Part shown: in pieces, positions 40,392 to 50,101 of the stretch
Layout: each line of letters starts with the position of its first letter
Numbering within the stretch: the first letter of the stretch is position 1
Source: Halocafeteria seosinensis
Lineage: Eukaryota
Length of the DNA: 64,000 bases
Reading direction: 5' to 3'
Assembly (NCBI GenBank): GCA_001687465.1
Contig: LVLI01000170.1
Coordinates: forward strand, 1 to 64,000
Position numbers and translations under genes: made by a program
The notes under the pieces: generated by a model
The model's input: the letters and a program-made list of their open reading frames with translations, nothing else
Database searches by the model: none
What the model was told of the DNA's origin: nothing

Positions 40392-43300
40392 TCAAATGTC
40401 TTTGGCAAAATCCTGAAAATCTTGAAGCGAATTCTGTATAGATTCAAATGTTCGTACCAACTCCTTCACATCGGGATCCTCCGGTCGCCATTCACCACTC
40501 TGAAGGAACGACCGCAGGGTCGATTTGTATCGGCTTTTGATATCGTCAATCAACTTGTTGCAATGGGAGTAGAGCTGTTCGATTTCTTCGCGATCCGTCG
40601 TAGCTCCATGACACGTCTGAATCCACGCGTCCAGCAGACTCGCCATGGACTCAAGATAGTGAAGAGTTTGAGTGCCACTGCTACTCTTGATACACTCATC
40701 ATAGACTTCGTATCGCAACAGCCATGAGACACCTACGGTATCCAATGTGTCAACACACAACCAACCAGCATGGTAGTCTTTTCTCCCTGTTGCAGGTAAC
40801 ACAACTTTATACGCGAAGCTCTCCAGCTCTTCAATCAGGTAATTTAGTGGAACAACAGCGAGCGGTCGTGAGTCGGGGCTATGTTGAAGACTGCTGGCGG
40901 CCTGAGATGTATTTCGAAATCGGCTCTTAACTGCACGTGCGTTTGCATCGTTCCAAAATCGATGCCCAATCTCACCAACTTTCTTTTGCAGCTCTGCGAT
41001 TGTATCATCCTTCTTGTCTACAATCGTCTCCTGTGGACGAACACCAGCAGTATCTTCAATTGCCGTGTTGATAACACGTTTCCAAACATTGACGACCGCG
41101 TCTTGATTCAGAGGTCGGTTATCAAACTCGAGAATAGCCAGGCAGGGGACAAAAAATCCAAACTTATCGGCGTAATCGTAATATAGTTCCGTAATACTCA
41201 GCAAGCGCCGTTCTAGCTCCGTTTCCGCTCTATTGAGTTCGTTGTAATTATCGGTGTTTCTCTCTTCCGAAGCCATCAAGTATCGCACTGCCCTCAAGAG
41301 TTCATGCTGTATCCGCGCAACCGTCCGTCTGCGCTCCCATGTGTCCAAAGTATTCTTGCCTATTCTCTCTGACACTAGTTCGCTCTTCTTTGATGCCGCT
41401 GATATAGCGCTATCATACCTGCTCAAGCGGACCTCTAGAGAGGGATTAGCTCCCTCCGAAAAGTATTCTTCAGCCCTCCCTATTTGCAGACACGCGGCAT
41501 CTACATATCTGCTATGAGCCTTGTAGTACTCGAAAAGCAAATCTCCGTACTCCCTCTTCCGCTTCAAAAACTCTTCCAAGTATCTTCCATCGCATCTGAC
41601 GAGTATGTCACTGAGACCCAATTCAATCAACTTCTTGTAGAGCTGTTCGTGCAGTAAACGATCTTTAGACTCTAAGAGTCTTTTCAGGAGGAACCGAAAA
41701 GAAAGTAGATTGTCACTGTCCTGGCTGTGGCCGGAGAACTGAAAACTGTCCTTTTCCCAATGACCCTGCTCAATTTGTCTATCCACCTTGGCTTGTTCCA
41801 CCAGATCTTCATGCGGTTCATGCAGAGTAGACTCTAGCATCTCGAGCAATATAGCGTAGCACTGAATCCGTACAAACAACCGGACTTCCGAAGGGTTCAT
41901 ACCTTCTTTAGGCGTATTGTTGGAGTTATAATATATACCTGCATTTCCCAAAGAAATAGTTCCTTCAGCCGCTGCTGCAGGAGACCGTTTGTGTCCATAA
42001 TTTTGCATCTGCTGGACTTTCCCAAGACCTTTGCTTTCCAAAACATCCACAGCGACCAAGTCATCGTACGAGTAAGCTTCTACATTTCCCTCTGCGGCAT
42101 GTGTTGCTGCCGTACAGCAAAGTGATATCACACCTTCGTGAAACCCTAAATCAACGAAACCAAGACAAAGTTCATGCAACTGAGGGAGAAATCGCTGCAA
42201 AGACCATTGTTGGCATGCGTTAATTGCGTGTTGTAGACTATCATTCAACCGAGATCGACGATCAGATGCTGTCGTAGTCAAAGTTGAGCGTCTTGCCAGA
42301 TCAAAGGAGATGAATGCTTGCCACATTTCAAAATCTTCCAAACTGAAGTAGTCCGGCGCTTCTGTCCGTAGAGTCGATTGCAAATCACGGAAAAAAGATG
42401 ACTTGGAATCTTCTCCATCGCCATCATCCATGTCTTCTGTGTCAATATTGTCATCATTCTCTGAAACCCGTAGGGTTTCGGTGAGCTTGTCCAACAAAAA
42501 TCTAGCTAATGTAAAGCCTCTATCATCGCAGATTAGTGTTTCATATGTCATTTCAAGCGCAACATCACGACCTTTGAGATCAAGCAGGGAAAGGTACTTC
42601 ATCAACCTCTTCGAGTTCTGCACGAGCACCTTCATGACGGAAACAGCTTGTGCTGAGCGGTTAAGTAGAGTAAACAGGGCTACGATGAACTTCCGTTCGA
42701 CATCCATAGGACTTTCATTCGGTAGCAGCGTGAGAATATCGCTACTTTGTGGGGTTTCATTGTACAGATGAGAAATAGATCGCCGCCCAACAAGATTTAT
42801 TTCGCCATAGAAAGATTTCAAAAACCCTTCTAAACCCTTCAATCTCTTTCGGACGTCTTTCAATTCGTCTGCTGTGAAGCGGCACTCAATGGATCCCCAA
42901 GAGGACTGGTTACCTCGGCTTTCACTCCTATGTATAAAGAGTGAACACTTCCAAAAAGAACGCAACAGACGAGACAAATATAAAGAAATACCCTCTGCTC
43001 GACTCGACTTTTGAATGTAACCACCGTGTTGTTCTGGGTCACCACCAAATTGTAGAAGCGCTTCTATAGCTGCTTTCTTCACATTGTGGTCCGGTGATCG
43101 TTCTTTCGAAGGACTAGTTATTGCAGACCTTACGAGATCCTCTTCATTTGCCGATGCGCCGATCGCAACCAACATCGCCGATGATTCTACAGGACCAAAC
43201 AAGCGGAAGAACTGTTTCAGATTGTTGAGATGGATCGGTCCTAGAATGTTTCCATCCTCGGAATTTTCTCTGCGATTAGGTAAGTAGTTCAGTTCGTGCA

Positions 43301-45661
43301 CTCTGTTCCGACGGTGAGTGCTCGCATAAGAGATGTGCCCTTGGTTATAATTCAGGATCTGTTTCAGTTGGTTCAGCGGTTTGTTTAAAGTAACGTAGTG
43401 GAGGCCTACATGCGTTAAGCACACAAACGAATGTTCAGATTCACTTTCGTGCTGCCTGTCTAAAGCGCTTAGTAGAACGGGAGAGCCGCCACCACCATAG
43501 CTGCCACTAAGAGTATCTCCGACTTGGTCATTGCCCGCTACTCCCATCCCTTTTCTCCTGTCTCTGTTGTTTTCACAAGATGAGACCGGCGCGCGTCCTG
43601 CCCACGCACGCCGTTTCATCACGTGCTCAAAATAAGAACGGAGATTTTTGGGAAGTCCTTCCAAAGGCGAGTCGTACTCATGCCCTAAACGAGGACCCGA
43701 AACATCTGCCGGCTGGCCGTGTCCGTCATCTCGGCGCCTCTTCTCCCCCACACTTGGAGCGGTAACAAAAAACCGGGCAAAATTGCTGAGCAATCCACGT
43801 GATGCCTCTTTGGGGGAATCCGACTGAACACTCGCCATATACAGCGCCTCAGGTGCTGTTTCTCCATAGGGAAGGGCTACAGCCCCAGAGGGAAGGTAAA
43901 CAACATCTTTCAATAGTGAAGGTGCAGGCGCAATTGATTCGATCGAATAGACTTTTCCTTCAATGTAGGCCTCATTAACAGACTCATCAAACCCCTTTGG
44001 CAGAGCGGCTCCCACATTTTCATGCCGGGCAAAGTCGAAGGCAGATGCCGCAACATGGTCTACCCCACCTTCACTCGTTGCGGCATACGCGGTAAGCGCA
44101 ACCGAGCCTGTTACCGCCGATACATGGTGTACTTTATCTGGAGAAACCTTGCCGGGATCGGTGCTCTCTTCGTTGTGCCTTGAAGGCTCGTAAGTTGGAG
44201 GCGGAAGTCGAATATACGCCAATGAGAGACTGGTCCCGAAGTTACACTTAGAGCTTGCAAGACTCATTGAGGGAGGCTGAAAATCAAGGTTGCCTTTACC
44301 AGTGGTAAAATAGAAGCGCGTACCACTCTCAGACACGGCCACAACATGTATGCGACGAGATTCATATGGCGGCAAAACATGCAATCCAACTAGGGGCCAA
44401 ACAGCACTCATCCTGTCCTTGTGTCTCTCAAAGAGTCCATACATTCTGTTCAATTCTCTTACTTGCTGCCATCTGTTGCGTTTTAAGAAGGCGTCGCTTT
44501 CTTCTGCCAAGTTCTTCACTTCCGCAAACCGCTGAAACTCGTTCCCGTTAGTGCCCAACGTGTAACCTGATATCTTCCCGTCAACTGACAACGTATATAA
44601 GAGACACCGATGATGATCAACGACAACGTCAATCAGTTCACTGTGAGTCGGTGTCACTAGGGAACCAACCACAGAGCTGAAGAATGCCGACGGAGAAGAC
44701 GCGTGATGTGTGACCATGGAACAACGTGAGGAGAACCCCAACAACCCCGTCCAAGAGATTTCATAATCCCTCTGGGAAGTATACACAAGCTCATGGACCA
44801 ACCCGGAATCACCAACCAAGAATATTCTACCCGTTGCAGTACCCGCAATCTTAGTGATTCCGATTCCATCGGTTTGGCAGACCAACCCAGTATCATAATA
44901 ATGCAGCTGGTTATGTATAGAGTTGCTATCGAAAGTGAGGGCCAGTAGCCTTATTTCGACAGGAGTAGCTACAACAAGTAAATACTGCGTGTTCATCAGA
45001 GATTGGTAGACACAGATCTGCTAGGTGCCAGGATCAGAGCAATACGTACTTTGACACTCCTCGGGAAGACGTGAGGTTTCGGGACCACTAATCCTACCGT
45101 GCGTATTGCTTGGCCTTCTTCTTTGTGAAGAACGTGGTTTTCATGTGCCTTCTCATAATTCCATATGTACAATACATTGTCGGCGACCACATATGCCCGG
45201 TTAATTTCGCCCAACAATCCTAGTCTGAAATCTACCTCACAATTCTGGCATAACTCCAATGCTTCGTTGGGTAACGGCAACTTTTCTGAGGAGACAACCT
45301 GCGATCATAGTACACATTGCAATACCATGCGTATGTATAGAGTGATGCACCCATTTTTGTCATTCCTCTAGAGGGGTGCCACAAGAGGATGTCACACACC
45401 CCTTACCTGTGGTGTCCAAGGCTTGCCGCGTGCATACGGCTCAAAGTAGTACTTGTGTCCACTTGAGCCTCCCTCCATTCCGGTTGCCTGGTAGGAATGG
45501 GCTCCAAACCTGGCAGCTAGATCATTGTCTTCTTGGTTAGAGAATTTGCCATTGACGTAATGGGCAGCATGTTTGCAAAGAGCATTCAGATACTCGTTTT
45601 GTCCTCTCTGGTCCCCATTCGATTGGGATCCTTCCCCGGGGCGCGCGAGAGAGTTAAGCAT
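40392..45661 (-). CDS. NUP155: Nuclear pore complex protein Nup155/Nup170, 3 exons
   Basis: LGLLGEINRAYVVADNVLYIWNY, VGLVVPKPHVF, YLLVVATPVEIRLL, GRIFLVG...ELVY, HVVAVSESGTRFYF, IRLPP, GISLYLSRLLR, LLSITELYYDYADKF. Confidence 0.93.
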
Positions 45662-45797
45662 TTCTGACTGAACCAACAGCCTTACTACTCTATATTTGCG
45701 TCTAGATACCGTTTAACAACCCCCAAACACATGGACGAGAATCCGACACCTTGTTTGAAAGGAACGGGATACAGCAATCTTTTCGTGCACTTTATAT

Positions 45798-45806
45798 AAC
45801 TTCAAC
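45798..45806. promoter_or_regulatory. AACTTCAAC element at the centre of the NUP155/TM-gene bidirectional promoter
   Basis: About 137 nt from ATG 45661 (-) and about 137 nt from ATG 45943 (+). Confidence 0.55.
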
Positions 45807-45942
45807 CCGGGAATATGCGGGTGTCAATGGCGAGCCACGAGCCATTGCCCTCTCTCTTGTTCCAGTTATTACAACACCCACGCGTTCTCTCAATAAGAAA
45901 CTTCNCCCCGCCGCAATCGTTGAGAGAGAAAGGGGTAGCATC

Positions 45943-46740
45943 ATGACGTTTTTATTTTACAAAGCCTCCGAGGTGATGCAAAGTGGGACCTTCGTCGTCC
46001 AACTCATTACATCTGTCCTTATCGTACGTCGACTATACACTGTCTTTTGTTCAGTCTATTTGCAGTCTAGGACCGTTCGCTTCATCTATTGTTGGTGGTC
46101 TTTATTTTGTGTGTGTCTCAAGTATGTTGATGTCCACCTCCCTTATGTTGCGCAGAATTTCGGCATCAATTTCGGCGTGGAATGGGCTGTCGTCAGTAAA
46201 TGGGGTAAACTATCCCATGGAAATTTCTACCACATACCCATGTGGCAGCCCCAGAACAGTCAAATAAATAGCAGTATTGCACTCGACATTTCCCTCACGG
46301 TGTTTTTCGTCTCATTCTTCGGCATGCTTTTGGGATCAAACGGAGTGGTTCAAGAGGTGAAGAAGGGGAAATGTAAACCCATCGACACGACGCTTACACA
46401 GAAAGGAATTTGGAGATTCACCCCCGTTCGCGTCGAGGGATTATGTGCGCGAAGTTTTGCCAACGCCATTTATTTTAGCTTGCTGTTTGTCGGACCAACA
46501 CTACTGTTGTTATGGGGTGCCTTGAGTGCCGCCGGAACAAGCCACATGAGCGGAGAAGGATACACTGCATTCAAGGGCGTCTACGCTTTCCTTATTGACT
46601 TTCCAATATTCGTCGTTATATTCTTTTCAGCGGCAGATAGTAGAAATTTCGAGGTTGTAGAGTACACAAAAATGCCGGAGGGAGACGAGGAGGCAGCGAA
46701 CAAAGGCATTCCGATGGTCGGACAGGACAGTCGCGTTTAG
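45943..46740 (+). CDS. Uncharacterised 4-TM membrane protein, 2 exons (intron 46024-46155)
   Basis: Spliced product LITSVLI|NFGINFGVEW...IALDISLTVFFVSFFG...YFSLLFVGPTLLLLW...YTAFKGVYAFLI with four hydrophobic segments. Confidence 0.75.
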   Translation: MTFLFYKASEVMQSGTFVVQLITSVLIVRRLYTVFCSVYLQSRTVRFIYCWWSLFCVCLKYVDVHLPYVAQNFGINFGVEWAVVSKWGKLSHGNFYHIPMWQPQNSQINSSIALDISLTVFFVSFFGMLLGSNGVVQEVKKGKCKPIDTTLTQKGIWRFTPVRVEGLCARSFANAIYFSLLFVGPTLLLLWGALSAAGTSHMSGEGYTAFKGVYAFLIDFPIFVVIFFSAADSRNFEVVEYTKMPEGDEEAANKGIPMVGQDSRV

Positions 46741-46926
46741 TGGAAATGCCCACAAACAAACTGACTCTGATAGGCTGATATTTTGGACTAAGCTAAGTGT
46801 ACATTGCCTCAAACTACAAGGATATGGACACCTGCTTCCTGTTGGACACAACTTACATTAATGGGAATGGATGGGAATATTTCTATAGTCCTAGCGGAAA
46901 TAGCAACAGTGCGTACTATAATATAT

Positions 46927-49821
46927 TTAGTTCCTGCCTTTCGCCTTACCACCTCTATTGACAGTGCTGTTACTAACCTCAACATACTTCTTAGGAATCT
47001 CCAACGTCTTGATGATGTACTCATTCACTTCCTTCAAGAAATCCCCTTGCAGCATTACTTCCTGTTTACCACTGGAGCCAGGGATGTCCTCTACTGTAGC
47101 CCGCGCAGCGAATTCCCGTTGAACGTTGCGCGAAAGTAAGTTGGGATTAACTCCCCAATCTTCCACATTCTTAATGAGAGTACTTTTCTTATTCTGGCGG
47201 TTAGGTACCTTTCCGGAATACAACTCAATCTTGGGTGGCTTCCCACGTTGAACTACTATATCTCTGTTCTCGAAGACTCGGATGTGAAAAGGGGAGCATT
47301 TTGAAGTTACTGCGTGCACGAGCTTAGATTTCTCTATCTGCTTGTTTAGAGTGGCCGCTCTCGTAGTCGTTGTAGGCGCAGCCTGAGGCTGAGCTCTGAT
47401 AGACAAAGATGGGAAGTTGTTCTCAGTCATTTCAGGAGCGCTTTCCCGTTCCTGGGAACCAGATGTTCGCTCTTGCGCATCCTTTCCTGCCAGTCCCATC
47501 AAGGTTTCATCCAAATAAACTTTGCTTTTCTCTGATTTATGCTGTAGATCATTATGCTTAATGTAATGGGAGAGGATAAACGTGATATCTTGGTTGCGCA
47601 ATAGGATACCTTGAACTGCTTCTGAGACAGTGCGCAAGTCAACATCTCTCCGGATTCGGCACCGGACAAGCCCATCCTTGATATGACCTCCTCTTTTCCA
47701 GATCTCGTCCGCAATGACAGAAAGATCCGCACCTTCCCTCACTGACTTCTCCATGTCCCGACGATTTCCGGCTAACCCGTTGACATAAATGCCAAAGGGC
47801 ATGGGTACCGTATTCCTCCAAATGGCGTCTTCGTTGTCTTCTTCCTCATCCGTGATACCGCCAATAATATGGCAGTCATCCAAAGTTATGTCGGAGGGTA
47901 GAGAGTTCCCCGATTCATCAGCTGTTCTAATCTCGTGAAGCAATGTTTCTTTCATTGGCTCTACAAGCTCTTTTGGAGGTCGTGATACCTCCATTACAAC
48001 TGGAATTTTTGAGGAAGACAACAATGCACCCTTTGGTGACTGTGTGTCTTCCGGTTGTTGCGCATCTTCCTCGCGAGCAACATCTCCCGCGGTTTTCTGC
48101 CATTTACGATGTGTGCGCACCTGTGGATGCTTTTTATCAACACCAACAATCCATAGCACACCACTGTCGCTGAGCGACTCCACATCACCCTTAGATGGGT
48201 TCCGTTCCATCACCGCTTGTACCTCTTCAGAGGAGACATCACCTTCGAATTCTGCTAATTTTACAATCCTCTCGCGGGCAGCTTCACGCAATAGGTTGGA
48301 TACCTTCTTAAACGAGCTCTTTTTGATCTCTATAGTGGTTCCCACGGGACGAGAAGGGAGAATATGTTGTGCCCAGACTTCAGACGCACGCATGGGAAGT
48401 GAAGACTCTTTGATTGACAAGCGTACAGCTTGTAGCAACGTGCGCCAAACCAAGTCTGTCGGATCCATATCAACACTGGCTTCAGAACGTTGATCCATTG
48501 CCTTTCTCTCAACAGGGTTAGAGCTATCTTCTGCTGCAGTTGAGCCACCGGCGGTACCGTCAGCGACGTTATTATCTACTACCTCAGCATCTTCTCTTAA
48601 GAGAACTTGGTACAACCACTTCGGGTTCACTCCTGCTTCAATACAAAGTTCCCATAGTGCGATTTTGCACCTTCGTGCCTCCTTCAAAACAAAATCGATT
48701 TCTTCCTCTAACGTAGCGTGTCTACCCTCGTTAGACTGTGTCTCTTCCTCTTCCTCATCCATACCGCTCATGGCGAGAGAAGCAACCCTTTCGATGCTCG
48801 CGACGATTTCCTTCGCTTCAGTGCTGGGACTGACTTCATGCTGGCGAAACCCGTCGTTCGGGATACCTGCAGTTTCGCCTTTCGATTCGTTCACTCCCCA
48901 TTCCCACAGTTGGTCTCTGTAGCACTGAGTAATCTTAGCAAAACGTCCCTTCTTTCCCGAGTCCCTCAGTTCTTCACTGTTCATTAACGTGTAGCCGACG
49001 GCAAATGGAATTGAATTTCCCATGGAACGAATCGCAATTTTCTCACCCCTCATGAAGTCCGCCTTATCATGAATCGTATAACAGGGACCTGCAAAGACGT
49101 TCTTCAGACCCCACTTCCTGCTACTGTCTCCGGATTCCGAACGCTCTTCAGAGGAAAAAAATTCAGAGGGTGCCACAGTTATCCCAGGTGCCATGAGGTC
49201 AGCCCCCTCGATGATGTACCTGGAAGCTGCCGGTACTACTACTACATGGGGCAATGTATCCGGGAGCGTCCACAGAGTGAACGCGGTTGGGTATAGGCTA
49301 CCTCCCTTTTTCGACTTCGCATCTGTATCTATGAGAAGAGGCACACCAGAAGGAACTCCTTCCGGTGATTTCTTTGCCGGCTTGAATGCATACAGTAAAA
49401 CATTGCTTTGCATCTTGATGCATTCCAAACCACCACCCTGCACATACATACTCATTGCATGGTAAGTCGCTGACCGTACACCACACGCAACCAGAGTATA
49501 GATAGGTAAGAAGACCATCTTGCCGCCCTCCTCCATGTATACGACACCCACACGTACCTTGCCAGCCAAAAGTTGTGAGACATCCGAAACAACTTGTTCA
49601 GAACTTGCTGAGCCCATCGCCGCTGCCGCTGCTGCTTCTCCTCCACCTCCAGTCTCAGCTACAGCTCCTGTGTTCTCTTCGTCTCCAGTGTCTGCCTTCC
49701 GCTGTCCATCCGCGCGAACACCAGGGAGCTGAAGGGAGACATTCTGCCGAAGCTGTCGTATGTCCTTATTCTTTAAAAGAGACCGTGATCTCACGTTGAC
49801 ATCGTGAGGTTTGGTGAACAT
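46927..49821 (-). CDS. EIF2D: Eukaryotic translation initiation factor 2D (ligatin): pre-PUA, PUA, winged helix, SWIB, SUI1
   Basis: MFTKP...LLKNKDIRQLR, LYPTAFTLW, GADLMAPGI, IEIKKSSFKKVSNLL, C-terminal SUI1 (NKKSTLIKNVEDWGVNP...EVMLQGD). Intron 49557-49438. Confidence 0.92.
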   Translation of the reverse strand: MFTKPHDVNVRSRSLLKNKDIRQLRQNVSLQLPGVRADGQRKADTGDEENTGAVAETGGGGEAAAAAAMGSASSEQVVSDVSQLLAGKVRVGVVYMEEGGKMVFLPIYTLVACGVRSATYHAMSMYVQGGGLECIKMQSNVLLYAFKPAKKSPEGVPSGVPLLIDTDAKSKKGGSLYPTAFTLWTLPDTLPHVVVVPAASRYIIEGADLMAPGITVAPSEFFSSEERSESGDSSRKWGLKNVFAGPCYTIHDKADFMRGEKIAIRSMGNSIPFAVGYTLMNSEELRDSGKKGRFAKITQCYRDQLWEWGVNESKGETAGIPNDGFRQHEVSPSTEAKEIVASIERVASLAMSGMDEEEEETQSNEGRHATLEEEIDFVLKEARRCKIALWELCIEAGVNPKWLYQVLLREDAEVVDNNVADGTAGGSTAAEDSSNPVERKAMDQRSEASVDMDPTDLVWRTLLQAVRLSIKESSLPMRASEVWAQHILPSRPVGTTIEIKKSSFKKVSNLLREAARERIVKLAEFEGDVSSEEVQAVMERNPSKGDVESLSDSGVLWIVGVDKKHPQVRTHRKWQKTAGDVAREEDAQQPEDTQSPKGALLSSSKIPVVMEVSRPPKELVEPMKETLLHEIRTADESGNSLPSDITLDDCHIIGGITDEEEDNEDAIWRNTVPMPFGIYVNGLAGNRRDMEKSVREGADLSVIADEIWKRGGHIKDGLVRCRIRRDVDLRTVSEAVQGILLRNQDITFILSHYIKHNDLQHKSEKSKVYLDETLMGLAGKDAQERTSGSQERESAPEMTENNFPSLSIRAQPQAAPTTTTRAATLNKQIEKSKLVHAVTSKCSPFHIRVFENRDIVVQRGKPPKIELYSGKVPNRQNKKSTLIKNVEDWGVNPNLLSRNVQREFAARATVEDIPGSSGKQEVMLQGDFLKEVNEYIIKTLEIPKKYVEVSNSTVNRGGKAKGRN

Positions 49822-49953
49822 CTCCTACGTCTCTTCAAGCCAACACCCAAATCCATTCGTTACTGCTACTATACACCCCAATATACAAGCATTTGTGTTT
49901 TACACAGGCTCTAGAGAGCACTATACATGAATTCATTTCACCAAGTGCTGTGA

Positions 49954-49970
49954 AAGTTGAAGTTGAAGTT
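49954..49970. promoter_or_regulatory. AAGTTGAAGTTGAAGTT tandem element at the centre of the eIF2D/RBM34 bidirectional promoter
   Basis: Two overlapping GTTGAAGTT copies about 135 nt from ATG 49821 (-) and about 132 nt from ATG 50102 (+). Confidence 0.55.
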
Positions 49971-50101
49971 TAGTGATGCTGACACCCTCCGCTGTACAAG
50001 GCCTTATTCAGCGTGTATTGAGCCCGTCCATATGTGTATCCTCCTTATTTTGTAGAGAAGACTATATTGCTGTTGGAGAGGGATAAAATTGCGGCGGAGG
50101 A

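Noticed and set aside
45905..45905. Single N base
   Set aside because: Assembly ambiguity upstream of the likely ATG 45943; no biological meaning.
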